A DNA stretch of 64,000 bases from an uncultured Candidatus Saccharibacteria bacterium (lineage in GTDB: Bacteria > Patescibacteriota > Minisyncoccia > Phycocordibacterales > UBA2100): assembly GCA_964437185.1 (NCBI GenBank), contig CAYTFU010000005.1, positions 2,528 through 66,527 on the forward strand, written 5' to 3'. Every line of letters begins with the position of its first letter. Position 1 is the stretch's first letter. Position numbers and translations under genes: made by a program. A model generated the notes under the pieces. It was not told the DNA's origin and did no database searches. It worked only from the letters and a program-made list of their open reading frames with translations. Shown here piece by piece: positions 37,432-47,782 of the stretch.

Positions 37432-38652
37432 ATGATCCGACTCAAAGACACACAGCACATAAACACCGCCGCGTTTCTCGGCTCTGCGATCAAGGTCGCC
37501 GAGTACTATGGATTCTCTCCTCTCGATCAGGCAGCGCGCATCGCGCCTTCGACCGGTGGCGTGGCGCGACAACCCATTCTCTCCCTTTCACAAATCGAAT
37601 CGGAAATTGCGTTTGCGCGACGCGACGAGCGCCCGCTTCTCTCATCGGCTCGCAAGTGTCTCAATTCGGCGCAAAAAAACGGCGCGCTCCTCGCGTGGCG
37701 CGTGGTCGAGAGTGCAGGCAGCATGCCCTCCGCATCTCTTGAACTTCACATCGTCGGACCTTCGAGCGCGATTGCAGAGGCGCTTCTCGTCGTCGTCGCA
37801 AACGCGATTGCTGAAGAAGCAGGAATCGCCCAGCGCGTGCTTTCGGTCAACAACATCGGATCATCCGAATCATCCAATCGTTTCGTGCGCGATGTAGGGC
37901 ACTACTTGCGAAAGCACATCGAATCGATTAGCCCTACGCTGCGCCCGCGCGCAGCGACCGATCCCTTGGGCACGCTCGTGCAGCTCATCGAGCGCGGTCA
38001 CCCAGCCACTCCGCGCGCACCGCAAGCGATGGAATATCTTACCGAAGAAGAGCGCAAGCGTTTTTGGGAATTTCTCGAATACCTCGAAATGTTTGGCTTG
38101 CCATACGAACTCAACGCGCACATCCTCGGGAGCCGCGATTGCTGGTCGCACTCGCTTTTTGAAATCTCTACCCCCGATGCTGAGAGCGGCGCACGCGTAC
38201 CGCTCGCCTTTGGAGGTCGTTACGATCCGCTCGCAAGTCGTTTTGCCCGTACGCCCGCCTCCGCCGCGATGATATCGATCACGTGCGAAGTTCGCGGCAA
38301 GACGCGTGTCCCGCAAGAAAAGAAGGTGACGCGCAGCGAAGTGCAGCCCGCGATTTATTTTGCGCACTTAGGCAACGAAGCCCGCAGACGCGCTCTCTCC
38401 GTTATCGAAAACCTCCGTCGAGCGGCAATCCCCGTACACCAAGGCCTCTGGCACGAGCGCATCGCGGAGCAAATGAGCACGGCACAAGAGCTGAGCGTCC
38501 CCTATATTCTCATCATGGGTCACAAAGAGGCAGTGGAAGGCACGATTCTCGTGCGCGAAGTCTCCACGAATTCACAAGAAGCAATTCCGCTCCCCGATCT
38601 CACCGGATACTTGAAGCGCCGCCGCATCGGCCGCACCGAAGCGCTCGCCTAA
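37432..38652 (+). CDS. divergent histidyl-tRNA-synthetase-like class II aaRS paralog (HisS or HisZ-like)
   Basis: FGGRYDPL (HisRS motif-3-like GGRYD), N-terminal AIKVAEYYGFSPLDQ resembling the HisRS motif 1 region, C-terminal anticodon-binding-like alpha/beta region; canonical motif 2 not recognisable. Confidence 0.5.
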   Translation: MIRLKDTQHINTAAFLGSAIKVAEYYGFSPLDQAARIAPSTGGVARQPILSLSQIESEIAFARRDERPLLSSARKCLNSAQKNGALLAWRVVESAGSMPSASLELHIVGPSSAIAEALLVVVANAIAEEAGIAQRVLSVNNIGSSESSNRFVRDVGHYLRKHIESISPTLRPRAATDPLGTLVQLIERGHPATPRAPQAMEYLTEEERKRFWEFLEYLEMFGLPYELNAHILGSRDCWSHSLFEISTPDAESGARVPLAFGGRYDPLASRFARTPASAAMISITCEVRGKTRVPQEKKVTRSEVQPAIYFAHLGNEARRRALSVIENLRRAAIPVHQGLWHERIAEQMSTAQELSVPYILIMGHKEAVEGTILVREVSTNSQEAIPLPDLTGYLKRRRIGRTEALA

Positions 38653-38660
38653 CGCTGCAC

Positions 38661-39032
38661 CTATTCTAAGCACTGTCCCTCGGGCAAGCCCCAACACGCG
38701 CCGTTTTTCTCTACGAGTGATTGATTGAGTGATTCGACGTGCGAATTTTTGAGTCCGCGCGAAGCATACTCATGAAAGTACTGCGACATCCGAAGCCCGA
38801 GCTGCGCTTCGTAGCTGCTGTCGAGCGCTTTCATACCCGAGAGAAGTTCTGATATAAGATTTTCGTTTGAAAGTTCACGCACATCGACAGGCTGCGCGGG
38901 AGGCTGCGCCATCCCCGTATTGATTTCAGGAACGAAAAGATTGTTTTGCCACGCAAAAAATCCAATACTCAACGCGATCAAAAATGCGACCACCGCGCTC
39001 ACCACAAAATACACCTTCCTCATCCTCAACAT
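38661..39032 (-). CDS. hypothetical membrane-anchored protein
   Basis: N-terminal TM helix VVSAVVAFLIALSIGFFAW, C-terminal Cys pair. Confidence 0.35.
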   Translation of the reverse strand: MLRMRKVYFVVSAVVAFLIALSIGFFAWQNNLFVPEINTGMAQPPAQPVDVRELSNENLISELLSGMKALDSSYEAQLGLRMSQYFHEYASRGLKNSHVESLNQSLVEKNGACWGLPEGQCLE

Positions 39033-39119
39033 GCATCCAGTATATATCTAAAAAGTAGGCGACCCCCAGCAGCAAATCATTGCCACCGAGGGTCCGTAGT
39101 CAGGCCCGCGCCCGAATTG

Positions 39120-39932
39120 TTACGCGGTGGTTCGCAGGATCAGGGCAAGGTCCTCGTCCAGCGAGCAAGCATCGAGTCGGACGAATCCTTGCTGACCGGA
39201 ATAGTATCCGACCATGTGCCCGTTCCCTGGATCGAGCACGACGACCGGCGCCCCGAAGTATCCACCCTGATGCCACTTGTCGTCGTAGACGACCGTGATT
39301 TTCTCGGGCAGTCCCCGAAGTTCCCAGCCGAAATGCGCGACAAGCACCCGCTCCCCGTTTGCGGTCTTCGTGTTGTAGCGCAGGAACCGGAAGTCGCCCC
39401 ACACTTTCAACTTGTCGAGGGAATTGATGGCGAGGCAGGGAACACCTGGCGCGGCACTCACGCCCCCCGGGACATATTGGTATTCGCGGTCCATCGAGAA
39501 GACGATGACCTCCTCCGCACATTCCCGGCGCACCGTGGCCAATAGATCCGGGCCGTCCTCGAAGTCCGCCCAACCCATCGGGACGGGCTTGAAGCCCCTC
39601 AGCCGATCGTCGTAAACGGCAAGGATGCCGTCGCGAGTGCGCAACGCGCCCGTGGCACCAGAGAGCCAAAGGCCTGGCGGCGCTTCCGCGCTGAATTTCT
39701 TGCGATCGGCGAGGTTGACATAGGCGTCCTTGATAAACGCGAACAGCCCCGTATCGTACTCAACCCGAAGTGCGATCCTCTGCTTCGAGGGCGGTTTGTG
39801 ATATGCAGTATTCTCCTCCATCAGACGCCTGAGATAGTCGCGCTGCTCGTTGAGGCGCAGGTCCGCGATTTCAACCGTGTGATAATGTGACAAAGAGCCA
39901 TCCTCCTGTTCGATTGCGCCGCAGTGGCGCAA
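39120..39932 (-). CDS. hypothetical protein in GC-rich island (weak Nudix-box-like segment)
   Basis: 270 aa; segment GWADFEDGPDLLATVRRECAEEV loosely resembles the Nudix box; GC clearly above flanks. Confidence 0.4.
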   Translation of the reverse strand: MRHCGAIEQEDGSLSHYHTVEIADLRLNEQRDYLRRLMEENTAYHKPPSKQRIALRVEYDTGLFAFIKDAYVNLADRKKFSAEAPPGLWLSGATGALRTRDGILAVYDDRLRGFKPVPMGWADFEDGPDLLATVRRECAEEVIVFSMDREYQYVPGGVSAAPGVPCLAINSLDKLKVWGDFRFLRYNTKTANGERVLVAHFGWELRGLPEKITVVYDDKWHQGGYFGAPVVVLDPGNGHMVGYYSGQQGFVRLDACSLDEDLALILRTTA

Positions 39933-40033
39933 TGCGGTGACAAGACTCTACATCATTTTTGTATGTCCGTCAATGGCGATTTTGGCGCACAGAAGTTGGA
40001 CAGAATGGTGTCTGTCTGCTATTCTCCTCGGAC

Positions 40034-40357
40034 ATGTCGATCAACGCAGAAGTTACAAAAAGCGGCAATGAGAGCACGCTTTCTACCATTCGCAAATTCA
40101 GCCGCCGCGTGCAAGGCACTGGCCTCATTCGCACCGTCCGCGGTCAGCGATATTTTCTACGCGATTCGTCGAAAGTGGTGAAAAAGAAGCGCGCTCTCAA
40201 GCTCATCAAGCGCCGCGCGGAGTTTAAGAAGCTCGTGAAAGAGGGCAAGATTTCCGATGAACCCGTCCGAGGCCGTGGCCGCCCATCGTTCAACCGCCCT
40301 TCTACTACGCAGACCGAGGCGCAAAAGCCTGCCGACACTACCCCGATTCTTCGATAA
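40034..40357 (+). CDS. rpsU: 30S ribosomal protein S21 (with C-terminal basic extension)
   Basis: RKFSRRVQGTGLIRTVRGQRYFLRDSSKVVKKKRAL resembles the S21 core; start placed at MSINAEV. Confidence 0.65.
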   Translation: MSINAEVTKSGNESTLSTIRKFSRRVQGTGLIRTVRGQRYFLRDSSKVVKKKRALKLIKRRAEFKKLVKEGKISDEPVRGRGRPSFNRPSTTQTEAQKPADTTPILR

Positions 40358-40360
40358 GCA

Positions 40361-40801
40361 ATGACTGAGGTCGTTGCCATCCGATCCACACTGCGCACGA
40401 AAGTGCCGGTCTTGCCGTATGAGAAAATAGCGCGCGCCGTACTCGGCGCGCGCTATGAACTATCTCTCGTGATCTGCGGAGACTCACTCGCGAAGCGAAT
40501 GAATATCGAATATCGTCCTACTTCGCCAAGGCTTCGAAGGACAAAAAAGAAAAGTTATTCCCCAAATGTACTATCATTCCCCCTCTCAAAGACTGAGGGA
40601 GAAATATTTTTGAATGTCCGTAAGGCTGAGCGCGAGGCGCGACTCTTTGGCGTCTCTACGAGAGAGCGACTCGCGCTCTTATTTGTCCACGGCTGCTACC
40701 ATTTGAGGGGGCTCCAACATGGGCGTACAATGGAGGGCAAGGAGCGCGACACGCTGCGCGCTTTCTCATTCTCATGGCACGGCAATTCTACACGGGCATA
40801 G
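40361..40801 (+). CDS. ybeY: rRNA maturation endoribonuclease YbeY
   Basis: VHGCYHLRGLQHG zinc-binding H-x-x-x-H-x5-H-like motif. Confidence 0.8.
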   Translation: MTEVVAIRSTLRTKVPVLPYEKIARAVLGARYELSLVICGDSLAKRMNIEYRPTSPRLRRTKKKSYSPNVLSFPLSKTEGEIFLNVRKAEREARLFGVSTRERLALLFVHGCYHLRGLQHGRTMEGKERDTLRAFSFSWHGNSTRA

Positions 40802-41958
40802 ACATCGGCACGTACCACGTCAAGGTTGTCATTGCGGCTCCTAGCGATGCGCAGACGGGCGGATCGGAATTCCCGCTCACCATTATTGGCTCTGGCACAT
40901 CTTCTTCGCGGGGCCTCCGACACGGCTATATCATAGACAAAAAAGAGGCGACAAAAGCTATTCGCGAAGCTCTCGGTCGGGCGGTCGTATCGGCGAAGGT
41001 GCGCGTGCGCAGCGCGCGCATTGGCCTCGGCGGAATCGGACTCGATGAGATTCGCAGCACGGGCGAGATTCCTCTCACGCCATCGGGCGGAATCGTCACC
41101 GATCGCGAAATTGAGCGCGCGCTGCGCGAGGCCGAGAAGCGCGCGTCTTCGAAACTCACCAACCGATCCATCATTCACGCGATACCCCTCGAATACCGCA
41201 TCGATGGTGCCAAGGTTTTCGGCAACCCCCAAGGGCTTCAGGGCACGCGTCTCGCGATCGACGCGCTTCTCATCACCATGCTCTCACAGCACCAGGAAGA
41301 TATTGTGGAGGCGGTGGAGGCAGCGGGAGTAGAGGTGGATGGCGTGATGGCCTCCCCGCTCGCCGCAAGCCTCGTCACGCTCACAAAGGCGCAAAAGACT
41401 GCGGGTGTGGTACTCGCAAATATTGGCGCAGAAACGCTCTCCGTCGCGGTGTTTGAAAACGACACGCCGATATCTCTCAAAATATTTCCCACGGGCTCGT
41501 CGCAGATCACCGAATCGATCGCGCTTTCATTTAAAATTCCACTACCGGAAGCAGAGAGCCTGAAGCGCGGCGGTGTGACGGGAAGCGACGTTCCTGAGAA
41601 AAAAATATATACGCTTGTGAGCGCTCGCCTCAAAGAAATGTACACGCTGGTCAACGCGCACCTCAAATCAATCGATCGTCATCGGCTATTGCCTGCGGGC
41701 GTCGTGATCACGGGCGGCGGTTCGGGTATCTCTTCGGCCTCTGATATCGCGAAAGCGGTGCTGCAAATACCCTCGCAAGTTTCTCAGATCGGACACCTGC
41801 CCCGATCGGCGGGAATCGACGCTACATGGGCGGTCGCGTTTGGCCTGTGCCGATGGGGATATGCCGAGGATATGAGCGGATCGAGCCGTGCATTTGGCGG
41901 AATACTCCGCGACGCCTGGGACTCGCTTCTTCAATCCATCCGCTCGCTCTTGCCGTAG
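40774..41958 (+). CDS. ftsA: cell division protein FtsA
   Basis: FYTGIDIGTYHVKVVIA actin-fold phosphate-1 block, 394 aa, directly upstream of ftsZ. Confidence 0.9.
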   Translation: MARQFYTGIDIGTYHVKVVIAAPSDAQTGGSEFPLTIIGSGTSSSRGLRHGYIIDKKEATKAIREALGRAVVSAKVRVRSARIGLGGIGLDEIRSTGEIPLTPSGGIVTDREIERALREAEKRASSKLTNRSIIHAIPLEYRIDGAKVFGNPQGLQGTRLAIDALLITMLSQHQEDIVEAVEAAGVEVDGVMASPLAASLVTLTKAQKTAGVVLANIGAETLSVAVFENDTPISLKIFPTGSSQITESIALSFKIPLPEAESLKRGGVTGSDVPEKKIYTLVSARLKEMYTLVNAHLKSIDRHRLLPAGVVITGGGSGISSASDIAKAVLQIPSQVSQIGHLPRSAGIDATWAVAFGLCRWGYAEDMSGSSRAFGGILRDAWDSLLQSIRSLLP

Positions 41959-42072
41959 TCAAAAGTAGACATTTGTTGTCCTTCGTGGGGTGGATGCGTC
42001 ATCAAACTTGAACACTGAGCGCATCTTAGGTCAAGCTTGTGAGAATCCATAAAGTGCTATTATGTCCTCACT

Positions 42073-43275
42073 ATGAGCAAACAAGTGAAGCCTGATGTAG
42101 AGTCGTTTGCACGAATTCGAGTTATTGGAGTCGGAGGCTCAGGAGGCAACGCGGTCAATCACATGGTGAATTCTCATGTGATGGGCGTTGATTTCATTGC
42201 GATCAACACCGATGCGCAAGATCTCCACAAATCAAAGGCAAAGCGCAAAATTCACATCGGAAAAAATATTACGCGCGGCCTCGGAGCGGGGATGAATGCA
42301 GAGATCGGCAAGCAGGCTGCAGAAGAAACGCGCGACGACATTCAAGAAGCGATCAAAGGTTCTGACATGGTTTTCATCACGTGCGGAATGGGTGGCGGCA
42401 CAGGTACCGGTGCCGCTCCAGCCGTTGCAAAAGTCGCACGCGAGCTTGGTGCTCTCACTGTCGGAGTCGTGACGCGTCCGTTTTCTTTCGAGGGTCAGCA
42501 GCGCATGCGCCTTGCAGAAGCGGGACTCGCAGAACTCCGCAAAGCGGTAGACGCGCTCATCATCATTCCCAACGACAAATTGCTCGCTATCGTTTCCCGC
42601 GAGACAGGCATTCGCAACGCTTTTGCAATGTGCGATGACATACTGAAGCAGGCGGTTGAGGGAATTTCGGACCTCATTACGACCACAGGAATCATCAATG
42701 TCGACTTCGCCGACGTTCGAGCAATCATGCAGAATGCTGGCTCGGCGCTTATGGGTATTGGCACCGCAATCGGCGAGCACCGAGCAGAGATGGCCGCGCG
42801 CGCCGCTATCAATTCTCCGCTCCTCGAAGTATCGATCACGGGCGCGAAGGGCGTGCTCTTCTCGGTCGCTGGTGGCGAAGACTTGGGAATGCTCGAAGTG
42901 CAAGATGCCGCCAACGTCATCACCGAGGCAATCGACCCCGACGCGAAGGTTATCTTCGGCGCCGTTACGGACGATTCGCTCAAGAAGGGCCAGATCCGTG
43001 TTACCGTCATCGCGACCGGTTTCCCGGAGCCGGGTGTCAAATCGTCACTCTTTGTTGGCTCACAGCGACTTGTTGCAAAAAAGGATCATGATGTGCCGCC
43101 CGTGAGTGCTCGCGCTCGCGAAGAAATGAAGCGCGATGAGATAACAGTGGAAAAATTTGATCGACCTGTAAAAGAAATGCCGAGGGTCGAGCCGCCTAAA
43201 CCAACAAAACCTGAGCCTCGGGCAGACGAAGAAGATAACTGGGGTGGCCTTCCATCGTTTTTGCGCAGAAAGTAA
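42073..43275 (+). CDS. ftsZ: cell division protein FtsZ
   Basis: [11 protein letters not shown] and GGGTGTG tubulin signature, 400 aa. Confidence 0.95.
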   Translation: MSKQVKPDVESFARIRVIGVGGSGGNAVNHMVNSHVMGVDFIAINTDAQDLHKSKAKRKIHIGKNITRGLGAGMNAEIGKQAAEETRDDIQEAIKGSDMVFITCGMGGGTGTGAAPAVAKVARELGALTVGVVTRPFSFEGQQRMRLAEAGLAELRKAVDALIIIPNDKLLAIVSRETGIRNAFAMCDDILKQAVEGISDLITTTGIINVDFADVRAIMQNAGSALMGIGTAIGEHRAEMAARAAINSPLLEVSITGAKGVLFSVAGGEDLGMLEVQDAANVITEAIDPDAKVIFGAVTDDSLKKGQIRVTVIATGFPEPGVKSSLFVGSQRLVAKKDHDVPPVSARAREEMKRDEITVEKFDRPVKEMPRVEPPKPTKPEPRADEEDNWGGLPSFLRRK

Positions 43276-43339
43276 GAACCTGGGCGTGTCCAAATCCAAA
43301 GGAGAAAGTTTCAACTATTTTGCGCTATAATTGTTCGTC

Positions 43340-44284
43340 ATGACTGACACGTACGAACTTGCAATAGTAGGCGGCGGCCCCGCAGGGGCCGCCGCAGCTG
43401 TGTATGCCGCGCGAAAGCGCATCAAAACCATCTTCATCACCGCCGAGTGGGGCGGACAGAGCATCACATCGCTCGAAATTCAAAACTGGATCGGCACTCC
43501 TCAGATATCAGGCGCAGAGCTCGCGGAAAATCTAAAGAAACACGTGGAGGCATACGTGGGTGAATGGCTCACGATCATTGCTCCCGCTTTTGCTGAATCG
43601 CTGGCGGCTCACGATGAGTCAGTCGAAATCGGACTACGGGACAAACGCGTCTTCAAAGCCAAAGTCGCGCTTATTACAACGGGCGCAAACCGCCGCAAGC
43701 TCGAAGTCCCCGGCGCAGCAGAATACGATCAAAAGGGCCTCACCTATTGCGCTTCGTGCGACGGCCCACTCTTTGCCGACAAGGATGTCGCGGTGATCGG
43801 CGGAGGCAACGCCGCATTCGAAACGGCCCTTCAGCTTCTCGCTTATTGCAAGACAGTCACGCTCTTCAATCGTGGAGAGACTTTCCGTGCGGATAAAATT
43901 AGCGTTGATGCGGCGCTCGCACATCCCAACATGCGCGTCATAAAGAATTCTGAGATCCTGGCCGTGGAGGGCACGCAATTTGTTACGGGCCTCAAATGGA
44001 AAGATGCGCAGAGCGGTAAAGAAGAAGTGCTTCCGGTAGAGGGTATTTTTGTGGAGATCGGCCTCATTCCCAATACCACGTGGATCGGGAATGCACTCGA
44101 TATGAATGAAGTAGGGCAAATCAAAGTCGATCCTCGTACACATCGCACCTCGCACCCGCGCATTTGGGCCGCGGGCGATTGCACCGACGGCATCTATCAT
44201 CAAAACAACATCGCCGCTGGCGATGCTGTGAAAGCTCTCGAAGACATCTACCTCTCGCTGCGCCACCAACCTCAAAATATATAA
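43340..44284 (+). CDS. trxB: thioredoxin-disulfide reductase
   Basis: AIVGGGPAGAAAAVYAAR FAD motif, CASCDG redox-active disulfide (CxxC), second NAD(P) Rossmann GGGNAA. Confidence 0.85.
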   Translation: MTDTYELAIVGGGPAGAAAAVYAARKRIKTIFITAEWGGQSITSLEIQNWIGTPQISGAELAENLKKHVEAYVGEWLTIIAPAFAESLAAHDESVEIGLRDKRVFKAKVALITTGANRRKLEVPGAAEYDQKGLTYCASCDGPLFADKDVAVIGGGNAAFETALQLLAYCKTVTLFNRGETFRADKISVDAALAHPNMRVIKNSEILAVEGTQFVTGLKWKDAQSGKEEVLPVEGIFVEIGLIPNTTWIGNALDMNEVGQIKVDPRTHRTSHPRIWAAGDCTDGIYHQNNIAAGDAVKALEDIYLSLRHQPQNI

Positions 44285-44391
44285 ACCCCGTTAGAAGCCC
44301 TAGTGATGAGTTTTTCTCACGCTAGACATCTGATGAAACCCAGCGCAAATAAACGTTGAAAGTGCTCACTTCTAACGGGGTAAAGTTTTGC

Positions 44392-44421
44392 GGGCCGGAC
44401 TCGTTAAGTCCGGCCCGTTTT
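44392..44421 (+). terminator. Rho-independent terminator after trxB
   Basis: gggccggac/gtccggccc 9-bp stem, loop tcgttaa, followed by gtttt. Confidence 0.65.
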
Positions 44422-45134
44422 CCGAGTAGTACAACGGGACCCTTAGGCTCCGTCTTCCACGGTTTGGCTCGGTGGAGGCACTGGTACCGGTGGGGGACCC
44501 AGGACTTGCGGAGGCGGTGGCACCACATCCGCCGCATCGACAAGGCTCTCGTCCCCAGGATCAGTATTCGCAAGATATCTCGTCGGGTCGGCCATGACTT
44601 GATCTCCATCACCCCCGTGGTGAATTTCATTGGAACAAAATAGGACTTGCGGGGGATACAAGTCTCTACATGAAAGTATTTCAAATCAGGCCCACGTGTC
44701 AACAAAAAACAAACGAGCCGGCCACAAGGGTCGGCTCGCTTCGTCGCATACTTAGCCACACGTCAGAGGCTACGAAACGCAACGTTGATGATCCGCAACA
44801 CGAGCAGATCATACGCATGACCTGGGCCGATCGCGGCTTTGATGTCGAGCCCCGCGCGTCGCCCGCAATCCGCCGCAGCGCGAGCGAGGTCGTCGAACGT
44901 TTGACCGGTCTCCTTCCTGGTCATGGCATTCAATGCCCGTGCTGCGCCCATGACGGCTCGCGTCACGTCATGCTCAGCCACCACTACACTAGTTTGCCCG
45001 AACATCTCATTCTCCCATTGGTGCCACTACTCTGTGCAGGGCGTTGTTTCTCCCGCAGACGTCGCGGGCCGAGGGGAATCAAACACTCTTTGGGCGACTC
45101 TGTCAACTTTTTCATCCATATGCTATGCTCGCCA

Positions 45135-46281
45135 CATGAAAAAATCGCTGGTAAATGCGACTGAAGCGAGGGCGTTAATTGCGAAGCATGGTTCCCCGCT
45201 CTACGTGTACAGGAAGAGTGTCGTGGAGCAACGCTACCAAGATTTGGTGAAATCGATCCAGTATCCAAAAACAAAGATTTATTACGCCTGCAAGGCCAAT
45301 TTCAATTCCGAAATTCTGCACACATTACTCAGGCTCGGTTCCTCGGTCGAGTGCGTGAGCAAGGGTGAAGTGGAGCGCGCGATTGCGGTGGGTTTTCCCC
45401 GCGAGCGAATTTCGTTTACCTGCTCCAATATGAGTAAGGATGAGCTTGCCTGGGTAACGGAGCGAGTAGGGTCAGTGCACCTCGATTCGCTTACGCAACT
45501 CACATGGTGGGGAGAAATGAAACCGCACTCAAAGGTATCACTGCGCGTGAATCGCGGGTTTGGCGCGGGCGCGACGAGCCACATCATCACGGGCGGCCCT
45601 GAGAGCAAATTTGGGATTTACTACACCGACCTTCCGAAAGCAAAAAACATTGCAAAAAAATATGGCCTCTCCGTCGTGGGTCTCGAACAGCACATCGGCT
45701 CCAGCATTCTCAATCCGAGCGCTTTTATCCGCGCGATGAAGCTGCTCACAGAGTCGGCGAAAGGATTTCCCGATCTGCAATTTATGGATTTCGGCGGGGG
45801 ACTCGGCATTCCCTACAAGCTCGAACAAAAGCCGCTCGACATCGCGGCGCTCGGGAAAAAACTTGGCGATACGTTTTCAAAGTTTTGCGCATCGTACGGT
45901 CGTAATCTCGAACTGCGCCTCGAACCGGGCCGCTACATCGTCGCAGAATCGGGCGCATTTCTTGCCACAGTTGTCGACATCAAGACGACTCCGAATCACA
46001 CATTCGTCGGCATCAACTCCGGATTCAACCATCTGATCCGTCCCGCCTTCTATGGCTCATACCATCACATCCTCAACCTCACCCGCCCGAATGCAAAAGT
46101 AGCCGCTGTTACGGTAGTCGGCAACATCTGCGAATCCTCCGACCGATTTGCTACAAACCGAAAAATTCCGATGCCACACATCGGCGACATTCTCCTCCTT
46201 GCGGATGCCGGTGCCTATGGATTTGTTATGGCATCCGATTACAACCTCCACCCGAAGCCGCCCGAAATTTTGATCGACTAA
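45135..46281 (+). CDS. lysA: diaminopimelate decarboxylase
   Basis: PLP fold-III decarboxylase blocks (YACKAN, HIGSSI, EPGRYIVAESG, CESSD); start placed at MKKSLV. Confidence 0.9.
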
Positions 46282-46932
46282 CTACGACGTAATACGCTTC
46301 AGTACCGAGAAGGCGCGATCCACATCGGCGTCTTCAAATATGAGGCTAAGCTCCGTCAGAACCGACATAACTTCCACGAAGCTGATCCCCTCCATAGCAA
46401 GCGCTTTCAGTACGGGGTAGTACAGGCCAGGGACATCGAGGCTTTCCTCGGGCAATCGAAGCGTGATCGCAGAGAGCTTCCCCCTTCGGCGAATATTTTT
46501 GTACTTCGACAACGCACCTGCCACACCCTTTTCAGAGCCCGCGTCGACAATGAGCAAAGATTCGTTGAGGCCGCGGGAGAAGTTGAGAAACGACCCCTTA
46601 CGATGACGAGATCCTTTGGATATTTCCTCAAGAATGCCGGAGAGCTCGTCAGAATTCGGGCACACAAATTGTACGAGATTGGACCGAACCGTTATGTCAT
46701 TGAGATGACGCAGAAAACGCATCCCAAAAAGTGGCGCTCGCATCTCCTTACTCATTCGGTGGAGCGCCATGCCGATGGCCGCATCCGAAACCTTTTCCAT
46801 CAGCCGTGACTCCACTTCGGGGCGAATCTTGCGCGCGATTTGTGCATGATTAGCAATTCCTTCCGCCAGCGCCTCCGCATAAAATGGCGACCGCCCAAGT
46901 ACTTCCTCCACGATCTGACTTATCGTTCTCAT
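46282..46932 (-). CDS. ACT-domain-containing protein (aspartokinase regulatory-domain-like)
   Basis: C-terminal tandem ACT-like beta-alpha-beta-beta-alpha-beta segments; sits between lysA and dapB. Confidence 0.45.
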   Translation of the reverse strand: MRTISQIVEEVLGRSPFYAEALAEGIANHAQIARKIRPEVESRLMEKVSDAAIGMALHRMSKEMRAPLFGMRFLRHLNDITVRSNLVQFVCPNSDELSGILEEISKGSRHRKGSFLNFSRGLNESLLIVDAGSEKGVAGALSKYKNIRRRGKLSAITLRLPEESLDVPGLYYPVLKALAMEGISFVEVMSVLTELSLIFEDADVDRAFSVLKRITS

Positions 46933-47044
46933 TGTTATATTTATAACAATTTGTCACATTAATGTAAATATCACCAAAAAACTTCCCTTTTCCGAGCGAA
47001 GGCGTAAGATGTGCTGACGAAACGGGCACAACCCCCTTCTACGC

Positions 47045-47782
47045 ATGAAAATATTGCTCTTGGGATATGGAAATATGGGGCGAGAAATTGAGGAACTCCT
47101 CATAGCGGGCGGCACTCACACATACGATATCGCGCTCAAGAAAGTGGGATCTGCACTTATACCCGCTCAGGTGCAGGGGGCAGATGTGGTGATCGATTTC
47201 ACATCGCCAGACGCGGTTTTGCGCAACATCAAGACCGTTCTTTCTTTGGGGAAACGCATGGTCGTGGGTACGACCGGCTGGTACGAGCACCTTCCGAAAG
47301 TCGCAGCACTGGTTAAAAAACACAAGACGGGGCTTCTATACGGTGCAAATTTCTCCATTGGAGCCAATATATTTTTTCGACTTGTCGCGGAGGCGACGCG
47401 TCTCACCTCCCGCGTGGGCGCGTACGATGCGTTTGGTTTTGAAATCCATCACGCGGGCAAAAAGGATAGCCCTTCGGGAACCGCGCTGCGCACCGCACAT
47501 GAAATACTCAAACACTCAAAGACTAAGAAAGCGCTTCAAACGCAACGGCTCGACCGTGCAATCAAGCCGCAGGAACTGCATTTTGCGTCTGTCCGCGGCG
47601 GCCACAACAGAGGCTTCCATCAAGTAGTCTTCGACAGCGCCGCCGACGCCATTACGGTAAGTCACGCCGCGCACAGCAGGCGCGGCTTTGCGGAAGGCGC
47701 TATTCTCGCCGCCGAGTTTATTCACCGAAAAAAAGGCCTGTACACATTTGACGACGTGATCGAACAAAAAATTTCCGTATGA
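47045..47782 (+). CDS. dapB: 4-hydroxy-tetrahydrodipicolinate reductase
   Basis: MKILLLGYGNMG Rossmann, EIHHAGKKDSPSGTAL signature. Confidence 0.9.
   Translation: MKILLLGYGNMGREIEELLIAGGTHTYDIALKKVGSALIPAQVQGADVVIDFTSPDAVLRNIKTVLSLGKRMVVGTTGWYEHLPKVAALVKKHKTGLLYGANFSIGANIFFRLVAEATRLTSRVGAYDAFGFEIHHAGKKDSPSGTALRTAHEILKHSKTKKALQTQRLDRAIKPQELHFASVRGGHNRGFHQVVFDSAADAITVSHAAHSRRGFAEGAILAAEFIHRKKGLYTFDDVIEQKISV

Noticed and set aside
44303-44340. Hammerhead ribozyme core (tgatgag ... ctgatgaaac)
   Set aside because: The conserved strings are present, but no helix II can be formed between CUGAUGA and GAAAC, and helices I and III are not evident. This is probably coincidence within a 3' UTR structure.
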